A stretch of DNA of 64,000 nucleotides. It comes from Actinomycetota bacterium. GTDB lineage: Bacteria > Actinomycetota > Thermoleophilia > Gaiellales > Gaiellaceae. Every line of letters begins with the position of its first letter. Position 1 is the first letter of the stretch. A program made the position numbers and the translations under genes. Location: contig JBKPMR010000061.1 of NCBI GenBank assembly GCA_046732255.1, forward strand, positions 17,436-81,435, read 5' to 3'. The notes beneath the pieces are model-generated. The model did not search any database, was not told the origin of the DNA, and saw nothing but the letters and a program-made list of their open reading frames with translations. Below, piece after piece: positions 15,237 through 22,614 of the stretch.

Positions 15237-15261
15237 GTGGGGGAAACATGGTTTCTCCCAC
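15237..15261. repeat. REP-like GC hairpin (same family, variant)
   Basis: GTGGGGGAAAC-ATG-GTTTCTCCCAC, 11-bp stem with one G.U, preceded by AAGGGGGCTC. 27 nt after the hemH stop. Confidence 0.6.
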
Positions 15262-15287
15262 GGGAGCGAGCTGGAGGCGAGCGACTT

Positions 15288-16247
15288 TCATGCCGTCGAG
15301 GGTACCGCCAGCGCCCGCCGCACTATGGTCGCGAGCGTGTCGACGAACGCGGGGTCCGCGTTCGGCATCTCGATCCGGGCAAGTCGCAGCCCCAGCTCGG
15401 CCGCCTTCTCCTGCGCCTCCGTGTCGATGTCCCAGCGGATCTCGAGATGGTCGGCGACGAACCCGACCGGGCAGACGAGCACGTCGTCGACGCCCCTGCT
15501 GCGCAGCTCGGCGAGGTGGTCGATGATGTCCGGCTGGAGCCACGGCTCACCCGTCCGGGACTCGGATTGGTAGCTGAAGGTCCAGTCGCGAAGTCCTGCG
15601 GACTTCGCGACTAACTGACTCGTCTCGAGCAGCTGTTCCTGATACGGATCATCCTCCTCGAGAATTCGAGCAGGAAGCGAATGCGCCGTGAAGACGACAT
15701 GCGCGGTCGTCCCTCGCACTCGGTCGGCGAGGAGCTCCACGAAGCCGGGCTCCAGATGCCAGCTCTCGACGAACGTGATGTCCGCCCGCCCGGCGACCGC
15801 CTCCTCGAGCTGCTCGCGGTAGCCGCCGATCGAGAGTCGCGAGTAGTGCGGTGCGAGGACGAGACCGACGATCGCGTCCGCCCCCGCGTCTAGCGCCGAC
15901 TCGGCCGCGTCGGCGATCCGCGGCCGCCAGTGCTTCATCCCGGTGAGGACCGGCAGGCCGAGCTCGGCCTCGAGCGCGGCCCGAACCTGCGCGGTGATCT
16001 CGTTCAGCGGGTTCGAGTCCTCGATCCCGAGCCGCCGGTAGCGCTCGGTCAGGTCGGCGAGCAGCTCGGGCCGCACCGGCCGGCCGCCGCGGATGTCGGC
16101 GTAGTAGGCGGGGACGTCGTCGATCCGGTCCGGCGAGCCGTAGGCCATGAGCACCACCGCAGCGTTGACGCCTTCAGCGTCACGACATCGCCTCGTACCA
16201 AACTCGACAGCCGCGTTGTCGGCTTTGTACTCGGCTTCATCTCTCAC
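15288..16247 (-). CDS. hemH: ferrochelatase
   Basis: ORF 15288..16661. AVVLMAYGSPDRIDDVPAYYADIRGGR...VGLVLAPHYS...FTAHSLP...SQSESRTGEPWL.PD. GTG 16247 overlaps the hemE TGA (GTGA). An alternative start lies ~27 codons downstream (VNAAVVLMAYG). Confidence 0.88.
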   Translation of the reverse strand: MRDEAEYKADNAAVEFGTRRCRDAEGVNAAVVLMAYGSPDRIDDVPAYYADIRGGRPVRPELLADLTERYRRLGIEDSNPLNEITAQVRAALEAELGLPVLTGMKHWRPRIADAAESALDAGADAIVGLVLAPHYSRLSIGGYREQLEEAVAGRADITFVESWHLEPGFVELLADRVRGTTAHVVFTAHSLPARILEEDDPYQEQLLETSQLVAKSAGLRDWTFSYQSESRTGEPWLQPDIIDHLAELRSRGVDDVLVCPVGFVADHLEIRWDIDTEAQEKAAELGLRLARIEMPNADPAFVDTLATIVRRALAVPSTA

Positions 16248-17275
16248 GTGACCGCCCGCGCAGTCCGCTCGTGGACGAGCTCCACGAGTCGCGACAAGTC
16301 CGAGGGACTCGTCTCGGGCAAGACGCCGTGACCGAGGTTGAAGACGTGACCAGGGCGCCCACCGGCACGCGTTAGCACGTCGCCTGCGGCCGCTTCGATC
16401 CGCGGCCACGGCGCGAGCAGCGCGGCCGGGTCGAGGTTCCCCTGCACGGCACGTTCGGGGCCGACCGCGAGCCAACCCTGGTCGAGCGGCACGCGCCAGT
16501 CGAGGCCGATCGAGTCGCCGCCCGTCGTGGCCATCGACGCAAGCAGATGTGTAGTGCCGGTGCCGAAGTGGATCGTCGGCACGTCGACCGCAGCCAGGAT
16601 CCGCGCCGAGTAGGGCGCCACGAACTCCTCGTAATCGAGAACTGAGAGCACGCCGACCCACGAGTCGAAGAGCTGGATCACGTCGGCACCGGCCCCCGCC
16701 TGAGCCACGACATACGCGGCGAATCCTTCGGTCAGCCGGTCCATCAGCGCATGCCAGACGGACGGCTCGCGGTACATCAGCTCCTTCACCCGGACGAAGT
16801 CGCGGCTCGGCCTGCCCTCGACCAGGTAGCCGGCGACCGTGAACGGGCCTCCGCAGAAGCCGACGAGGGCCTGCTCGGCGCCGAGCTCGCGGCGCACGAT
16901 TCGGATCGCCTCGAGCACTGGGCCGTAGGCATCCCCGGGATCGGGCAGGCTCAGCCGGTCGACGTCGGCTGCGCCCGCGATCGGCGCGGCGACGACCGGT
17001 CCGACGCCTTCGACCAGCTCGACCTCGAGCCCCATCCCGAGGACCGGCGTGACGATGTCCGCGAACAGCACCGCGGCGTCGACGCCGTGCCGGCGCACCG
17101 GCTGAAGCGTTACCTCGGCACAGAGCTCGGGCGTGCCCGCGATCTCGAAGAAGGAGTGCCGTTCACGCAGCGCCCGGTACTCCGGCAGCGACCGGCCGGC
17201 CTGGCGCATGAACCACACGGGGGTACGCTCGACCGGCTCACGCCGCAACGCGCGGACGAGGAGCGGATCGGACAC
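16244..17275 (-). CDS. hemE: uroporphyrinogen decarboxylase
   Basis: 343 aa, PVWFMRQAGRSLPEYR...HFEIAGTPEL..EVTLQP..R.GVDAAVLFADI...FNLGHG. The GTG start is preceded by TAGTGT at a 6-nt distance. Confidence 0.92.
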   Translation of the reverse strand: MSDPLLVRALRREPVERTPVWFMRQAGRSLPEYRALRERHSFFEIAGTPELCAEVTLQPVRRHGVDAAVLFADIVTPVLGMGLEVELVEGVGPVVAAPIAGAADVDRLSLPDPGDAYGPVLEAIRIVRRELGAEQALVGFCGGPFTVAGYLVEGRPSRDFVRVKELMYREPSVWHALMDRLTEGFAAYVVAQAGAGADVIQLFDSWVGVLSVLDYEEFVAPYSARILAAVDVPTIHFGTGTTHLLASMATTGGDSIGLDWRVPLDQGWLAVGPERAVQGNLDPAALLAPWPRIEAAAGDVLTRAGGRPGHVFNLGHGVLPETSPSDLSRLVELVHERTARAVT

Positions 17276-17296
17276 GGCCCTACACTAGCCCCGAAA

Positions 17297-17989
17297 ATGC
17301 AGACGGTTCCCGACCACCGCGTCCCTGCCGGCCCGCTTGGGGTGCGCTGGCTCGCATACGAGCTCGAGCAGCCGCAGGCCGGAGCCGTTGGCTCCGCCAC
17401 GGTCGAGCTGGAGAACGCCGGCACCGAGCCGTGGCGCGGGCTCGCGCTCGCGTACCACTGGCTGGACGAGCTGGACAACGCGATCGACTGGGACGGCCTC
17501 CGAACGCCGATCGCGCGCCTCGAGCCGGCGGAGCGCGTCACGGTCGCAGCGCAGGTCCGGGCGCCGATGCCACCGGGCCGCTACCGGCTCGCGTTCGACC
17601 TCGTGCTCGAGGGCCGCTACTGGCTGTCGGAGATCGGCAACGAGATGCTCGCCGCGGAGGTCGACGTCGGCCCGCGCGACGCGGGCCCGGCGGTCGCGCA
17701 CCTCCCGCCGGAGGTGGAGCCGGCGGACGACTGGCACGAGCTCGTCCGCATAGCCCACGCGGAGGGCTACGCCGCCGTCGGCGGAGCGATCGAGAGCCGC
17801 GAGCGGACGCTCCGCCCCTACCGGCCCGGCGGCGGCCGCAACCCGTCGTTCTCGGAGCCGCTCGTCTGCCCCTCGCTGCTCCCACCGCTCATCCCGAACT
17901 GTGTGGTCGCCGCACTCCCAGCCTGGCGCCCGGAAGGCTGGGAACCGTGGATCTTCGACGGCCGGATCAGAGCCCGACTCCGCAGGTAG
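17297..17989 (+). CDS. hypothetical protein with N-terminal Ig-like (NBR1-like) domain
   Basis: Last 230 aa of ORF 16751..17989. ATVELENAGTEPW...YHWLD...DG.RTP...L.P.E.V.....V.AP..PGRYRLAFDLV.EG..W, the same domain type as in the C-half of the GT2-like protein 22615-24093. Confidence 0.55.
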   Translation: MQTVPDHRVPAGPLGVRWLAYELEQPQAGAVGSATVELENAGTEPWRGLALAYHWLDELDNAIDWDGLRTPIARLEPAERVTVAAQVRAPMPPGRYRLAFDLVLEGRYWLSEIGNEMLAAEVDVGPRDAGPAVAHLPPEVEPADDWHELVRIAHAEGYAAVGGAIESRERTLRPYRPGGGRNPSFSEPLVCPSLLPPLIPNCVVAALPAWRPEGWEPWIFDGRIRARLRR

Positions 17990-18007
17990 GGGAACCGGCT
18001 GTTCCCC
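17989..18007. repeat. REP-like GC hairpin, probable bidirectional terminator
   Basis: GGGGAAC-CGGCT-GTTCCCC, starting in the TAG stop of the + gene and 8 nt from the vapC stop (convergent). Confidence 0.7.
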
Positions 18008-18014
18008 GGCGCTG

Positions 18015-18431
18015 TCAGCCCTGTCCCGGCAGCGCGACGGTCGCCAGCTTCTTCTCTCTGGCGACGGCGAGAACATCAGGGTCTGACGTCGCGATGCGGT
18101 CGCCGCTCTTGGCCGAGGCGATGAGGGCGGCATCGGCGAGCGAGATCGGGCGCGTGGAACGGTGATAGTGCTCGGCGCGGATCTCAGCCGCGCGGCGAGC
18201 AACGTCGCGGTCGAGGTCGATCGCGACCAACGGCCCTTCGAACAGCGGCTCGAGGATCTCGGTCGCGCGCGGAACCGGGAGCCGGTACAGGCGCTGCGAG
18301 ACGTCGAGGGCTTCGGCGATGTTCGCAGTCGCCACGCCCACGCCGCCTTCCCGCAGGATGCGGCGTACCTGGGCCGTCGCCGGTCCCCCCACCAGGAACG
18401 CGATCAGTGCATACGCGTCGAGCAGGATCAC
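18015..18431 (-). CDS. vapC: PIN-domain toxin VapC
   Basis: 138 aa, MILLDAYALIAFL.... The first acidic residue sits in LLD, plus later D/E positions. The GTG start overlaps the antitoxin TGA (GTGA). Confidence 0.8.
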   Translation of the reverse strand: MILLDAYALIAFLVGGPATAQVRRILREGGVGVATANIAEALDVSQRLYRLPVPRATEILEPLFEGPLVAIDLDRDVARRAAEIRAEHYHRSTRPISLADAALIASAKSGDRIATSDPDVLAVAREKKLATVALPGQG

Positions 18432-18682
18432 CGTGCGCGGCGCCCGCGCCGGCCGGTGTCATCGGAGGCGCGCGCCTCACGGCGCAGGCGCGCCACGTCG
18501 ATCCGCTCGAACTGGGCGGCGAGCGCACCCTCGGCGGCCGCGATCGGATCGTCGGGGGCGGGCTCCAGGACGATGCGATCGCCCTGGTCGTCGAGTGCAA
18601 CGGTCGAGGTGCCCCAACGGTGCCGAATCGACGCCGGGATCGAGATTTGACCCCCCTTCGAGATCTTCATGCGCTTCTTCAT
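18428..18682 (-). CDS. vapB: AbrB/MazE (SpoVT)-type antitoxin VapB
   Basis: 84 aa, MKKRMKISKGGQISIPASIRHRWG....VLEP (swapped-hairpin motif). Directly upstream of vapC. Confidence 0.75.
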   Translation of the reverse strand: MKKRMKISKGGQISIPASIRHRWGTSTVALDDQGDRIVLEPAPDDPIAAAEGALAAQFERIDVARLRREARASDDTGRRGRRAR

Positions 18683-18837
18683 GAATCATGAAGACTATCA
18701 TGGGCTAGCCCGATCGCTCGGCACGAGCCGGCATGCTCGAACGCATTACTTGCATCAGCGGCGCGCGGAGGCGAGACCCGCGCTCTCGCCGGAGCGCACG
18801 GGAGGCCCGTCACGCGTGCCGGGGAGGGGCTCACGGG

Positions 18838-18854
18838 GGGAACCGACTGTTCCC
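18838..18854. repeat. REP-like GC hairpin downstream of wzm
   Basis: GGGAAC-CGACT-GTTCCC, preceded by GGGGAGGGGCTCACGGG. 6 nt after the wzm stop (18860). Confidence 0.6.
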
Positions 18855-18859
18855 GCGCG

Positions 18860-19666
18860 CTAGAGCTCGACTGCGATCCGGTCGTCGACGCGTCTGAAGA
18901 CCCACGCGCCGACCGCGAGTGCGATCGCCGTCGCGACGAGGAGGTAGACGACGTCCCAGACGTCCGGGAGCGTCCCGTAGAAGAGCGGATCGCGGAGCGC
19001 GTACAGCGGCGGCGTCAGCGGGTTGCCCCAGCGCAGGATCGTCACCACCCAGTCGTACTTCTGCACCCCGCCGGGCAGGTCTTCGAGGCGGTAGAGGATC
19101 GGCGTCAGGAAGAACCACGGGAGCAGCACGGCCTGGACCAGGTGCTCGACGTCGCGGAAGACCACGTTCGCGCACGACACGAGCAGCGCGACGCCGGCGA
19201 CGAACCCCACGAGCACGGCCGCGATCGGGATCGACAGGAGAAACGTGTCCCGGGTCTCCGGGATCACGATCACGTCGACGACGATCAGCACGAGCAGCAT
19301 CGCGGCGAAGGTGACGAGTTGCGTCGCAACGACCGACAGCGGCACCAGCTGCCGCGGGAACCGCACCTTCTTGACCAGCGCCGCGCTGTCGACCATCGAG
19401 CGCGACGCGGTCGTGAGCGAGGTGGAGAAGAACAGCCACAGCGCGAGCCCGACGAGCAGGTACAGCGGGTAGTGGTCGATGTCCGTCGCCTTCCAGAGCA
19501 CCGAGAAGACGAGGACGTAGATCGCCATCAGGATCAGCGGGTTCAGCAGCGACCACGCGACCCCGAGCGCCGAGCCCTTGTACCGGGTCTGCAGATCGCG
19601 CCGGAAGAGGTTCCCGAACAGCTCCCGGTAGCGGTACAGGTCGGCGTAGATCGACACGGTCGTCAC
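18860..19666 (-). CDS. wzm: ABC-2 type polysaccharide-export permease
   Basis: Last 268 aa of ORF 18860..20404. YRYRELFGNLFRRDLQTRYKGSALGVAWSLLNPL... and six hydrophobic segments. GTG 19666 overlaps the upstream TGA (GTGA). Confidence 0.88.
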   Translation of the reverse strand: MTTVSIYADLYRYRELFGNLFRRDLQTRYKGSALGVAWSLLNPLILMAIYVLVFSVLWKATDIDHYPLYLLVGLALWLFFSTSLTTASRSMVDSAALVKKVRFPRQLVPLSVVATQLVTFAAMLLVLIVVDVIVIPETRDTFLLSIPIAAVLVGFVAGVALLVSCANVVFRDVEHLVQAVLLPWFFLTPILYRLEDLPGGVQKYDWVVTILRWGNPLTPPLYALRDPLFYGTLPDVWDVVYLLVATAIALAVGAWVFRRVDDRIAVEL

Positions 19667-20532
19667 CGATTGAACAGGAAGCTCCGGTGCTCGACCGGTG
19701 TCTCCGGCGCACCCGCGGCCGAGAACAGGGCGTCGAGCAGGAACTCCCGCGCCGGTGTGACGCCGGCCCCCGCCGCGTACGCCAGGAACTCGTGCCGGTT
19801 CAAGACCCAGCCGAGGTACTCGGTCTCGTAGCCGTAGGCGTAGGCGCGCTGGAGGACGACGAACGACGGCGCGCTCAACGCCACCGGGACACGCGCGACG
19901 TACAGATGCGAGGCGGAGGCCGCGGCGAGCCGATCGAACAGCCTGCGCCAGTCCTCGGCGTACTGGAGCGATGAGCTGGCGACGACGAGGTCGTAGGTCC
20001 GCTCGAGGCACGACTCGTCCTCGTGGAAGACCACTTCCCGCGCCGCCTCGCGTCCCTCGGCGCACACCGCCCGGGTTTCCTTCACGTGGTAGTCGAGCTC
20101 GAGCCCGGGCACCACCGAGCGGGCCAGCGCCCAGTAGTGGCCCAGGCCGCCTCCCCAGTCGAGGACGGAGAGTCGCTCGCGACCACGCGCGGCCAGGGCG
20201 ACCACGTACGCGAACGCGACGAGCATGTTGTGGGCCGAGACATCGCCGGTCGTCACCTGCGCCGTCTCGTGGTGGACGCCGAGCGGGTTCGGAGCGTCGA
20301 TCGCGGCCAGGTAGGCAGGCCACTTCTCGCGGTACGCGCGCGCGACCGCCTCGACGTCCCAGCCCTTTGTAGGCCGCGCCCAGCCCTCGCGGACGTACTC
20401 CCATTCCGGCGGTTCCTGGGCGGTCAGACCCGCCTTGGGGGTCAGACCCTGGGGTTCCGGTCGCTTCCCCGCGCCGAGTCGCCTCTTCGTCACGAGGATC
20501 GTTCGTCTCAGTCGGCGGCGCAGACGGCTCAC
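19663..20532 (-). CDS. SAM-dependent methyltransferase of the type common in O-antigen clusters (TIGR04325-like, from memory)
   Basis: ORF 19663..20877. EWEYVREGW....GW......Y..KWP...VLDWGGGLGHYW...SSSLQY. Start is either GTG 20532 (GTGA with the DegT stop) or GTG 20493. The N-terminal ~40 codons have lower GC3 and contain DNA palindromes. Confidence 0.7.
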   Translation of the reverse strand: MSRLRRRLRRTILVTKRRLGAGKRPEPQGLTPKAGLTAQEPPEWEYVREGWARPTKGWDVEAVARAYREKWPAYLAAIDAPNPLGVHHETAQVTTGDVSAHNMLVAFAYVVALAARGRERLSVLDWGGGLGHYWALARSVVPGLELDYHVKETRAVCAEGREAAREVVFHEDESCLERTYDLVVASSSLQYAEDWRRLFDRLAAASASHLYVARVPVALSAPSFVVLQRAYAYGYETEYLGWVLNRHEFLAYAAGAGVTPAREFLLDALFSAAGAPETPVEHRSFLFNR

Positions 20533-21623
20533 GCTGCGCGGACCGCCTCGACGACCTGCTCGGCCTCGGCGTCGGTCAGCTCGGCGTAGAGCGGCAAGCT
20601 GACCACCCGCGCGCACACGCGCTCCGAGACGTCGAGCGGCAGGTCGCCGGCGAGCGACGTGTACGCCGGCTGCCGGTGGATCGGCTCCGGGTAGTGCACC
20701 AGCGTCTCGACGCCGCGCCCGCGCAGTCCAGCGCGGAACGACTCGCGGTCCTCGGCGAGCACGACGAAGAGGTGCCACACGTGGCTGCCCTTGTCCGGCT
20801 CGGCAGGGAGGGTGACCGGAGCGCCGGCGAGCTCCTGCCGGTAGTAGGCGGCCAGCTCGCGGCGGCGGGCGTTCCACGCGTCGAGGTGGCCGAGCTTGCG
20901 GGTCAGGAGCTCGGCCTGGATCTCGTCCAGCCGGCTGTTCACGCCCGGCACGATCGCGATCCCCCGCGCTTCAGCCCGCTCGCCGTGGGAGCGGAGCCGG
21001 CGGAGCTCGTCGGCGATCGCCGCGTCGTTCGTCACCACCGCGCCGGCGTCCCCGAGTGCCCCGAGGTTCTTGGTCGGATAGAAGCTGTAGGTCGCGGTCG
21101 AGACCGAGCCGGGTCTCGACCCCTGGTACTCGGCACCGTGGGCCTGCGCGGCGTCCTCGACCAGAACGAGGCCGCCCTCGGCGGCCAGCGCCCTGAGTGG
21201 CTCGAGCTCCGCGCACCGGCCATAGAGGTGCACCGGCACGAGTGCCTTCGTTCTCGGCGTGAGCGCGGCCTCGGCCGACGCCGGATCGAGCGTCCAGGTC
21301 TGCGGATCGACGTCCGCGAGCACGGGAGTCGCTCCGGTGGCGACGATCGCGGTGATCGTCGCGACGCAGGTGTTGGCCGCGGTGACGACCTCGTCGCCAG
21401 GGCCGATGCCGTGTGCCCGGAGCGACAGCGCGATCGCGTCCGTCCCCGAGTTGAGACCGACCGCATGGGCGGCGCCGCAGTAGGAGGCCCAGGCCTCCTC
21501 GAACCGCTCGAGCGCCGGCCCGCCGACGAAACGGGCGCCCCGGAGCACGTCCGCGAACCCTTCCTGGAGCTCGTCCGCGATCGCCGCCGCCTGGCGGCTC
21601 AGGTCGACGAACGGGACGCTCAC
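20529..21623 (-). CDS. DegT/DnrJ/EryC1/StrS-family sugar aminotransferase (PLP)
   Basis: 364 aa, ...NSGTDAI.L......GDEV......C.AT....TGA.PV..DVD...SFYPTKNLGALGDAGAV. Confidence 0.9.
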   Translation of the reverse strand: MSVPFVDLSRQAAAIADELQEGFADVLRGARFVGGPALERFEEAWASYCGAAHAVGLNSGTDAIALSLRAHGIGPGDEVVTAANTCVATITAIVATGATPVLADVDPQTWTLDPASAEAALTPRTKALVPVHLYGRCAELEPLRALAAEGGLVLVEDAAQAHGAEYQGSRPGSVSTATYSFYPTKNLGALGDAGAVVTNDAAIADELRRLRSHGERAEARGIAIVPGVNSRLDEIQAELLTRKLGHLDAWNARRRELAAYYRQELAGAPVTLPAEPDKGSHVWHLFVVLAEDRESFRAGLRGRGVETLVHYPEPIHRQPAYTSLAGDLPLDVSERVCARVVSLPLYAELTDAEAEQVVEAVRAA

Positions 21624-22603
21624 CAGTATGCCTCGGCATGCTCGCGGTAATACTCGAGCGACCGTTCGAGCCCCTCGCGCAGGCCGACCCTCGGCGCCCA
21701 GTCCAGCCGCTCGCGGATCTTCCCGTCGTTCGCGACGTAGTCGCCGATGTCGATCGAGAGCCGCTCGTCCGGGAAGGGCACGAGCCGGAACGACGCCTCC
21801 GGCGCCAGCTCGACCAGCAGCTCGGCAAGCTCGAGCAGGCTGACCGACTCGTCGCCGCCGAGGTTGAAGACCTCGCCGTCGGCCTCCTCCCGCGCCGCGG
21901 CGAGCAGGAACGCCTCCACCGCGTCGTCGACGTAGGTGAAGTCGCGCCGCTGGCTGCCGTCGCCGAAGATCGCCAGCTCCTCGCCGAGCACCGCGAGCCG
22001 AAGCCAGGTGCCGAGGAACGTCTGGCGGTCGTCCTTCACACGCATCGCCGGCCCGTACGTGTTCGTCAGCCTCAGCACCGCGCAGTGGAGGCCGTACAGG
22101 CGCCCGTACACCAGGTGGTACGCCTCGCCGGCCGCCTTGTTCACGCCGTTCGGGTCGACGGGCGCGACCGGATGGGCCTCGTCCACCGGGAGGTACTGCG
22201 GCCGTCCGTAGAGCTGCCGGGTGCTCGCGAAGACGACCTTGGCGTCAGGCGCCTCCCGGCGGCACGTCTCGAGGATCGAGAGCTGGGCGCGGCAGTTGAT
22301 GTCGAGGTCGGTGTACGGGTCGTGGAGCGAGTCGACATGGCTCGTCTGGCCGGCGAGGTTGAAGATCACCGCGCACCCCCGGATCAGGGAACGCAGGCTG
22401 TGCCGGTCGCGTACGTCCGAGACGTTGACCGTAACTGCGTCCTCGATCCCCGCGATGTTCGCGCGGTTGCCGCCGTACTCGGGAATCAGCGAGTCGACGA
22501 GCACGACATCGGCCTCGAGGCCGACGAGCCTGCGCGCGAGGTTCGATCCGATGAACCCGAGGCCGCCGGTGATCAGGACACGCTTCCCGCGGTACTCGAC
22601 CAT
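21620..22603 (-). CDS. extended-SDR NAD-dependent epimerase/dehydratase homolog lacking the catalytic Tyr
   Basis: 327 aa. Rossmann motif ITGGLGFIGSNL and the AST motif are present. Where PYGxSK is expected the sequence reads PNGVNK (Asn152, Lys156). Confidence 0.8.
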   Translation of the reverse strand: MVEYRGKRVLITGGLGFIGSNLARRLVGLEADVVLVDSLIPEYGGNRANIAGIEDAVTVNVSDVRDRHSLRSLIRGCAVIFNLAGQTSHVDSLHDPYTDLDINCRAQLSILETCRREAPDAKVVFASTRQLYGRPQYLPVDEAHPVAPVDPNGVNKAAGEAYHLVYGRLYGLHCAVLRLTNTYGPAMRVKDDRQTFLGTWLRLAVLGEELAIFGDGSQRRDFTYVDDAVEAFLLAAAREEADGEVFNLGGDESVSLLELAELLVELAPEASFRLVPFPDERLSIDIGDYVANDGKIRERLDWAPRVGLREGLERSLEYYREHAEAYW

Positions 22604-22614
22604 GCGCGCGGACG

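Noticed and set aside
16232-16250. Similar junction sequence CGTGAGAGAYGAAGCC at the hemE/hemH (16247) and GT4/GT4 (39875) overlaps, both giving V-R-D-E-A
   Set aside because: Only two occurrences of about 16 nt. There is no further shared flank and no plausible common function, so I treat it as chance.
13592-18854. Repeated GC hairpins as a possible CRISPR array
   Set aside because: The copies are kilobases apart, separated by genes, of variable length (17-29 nt), and self-complementary. There is no regular repeat-spacer periodicity and there are no cas genes in the window.
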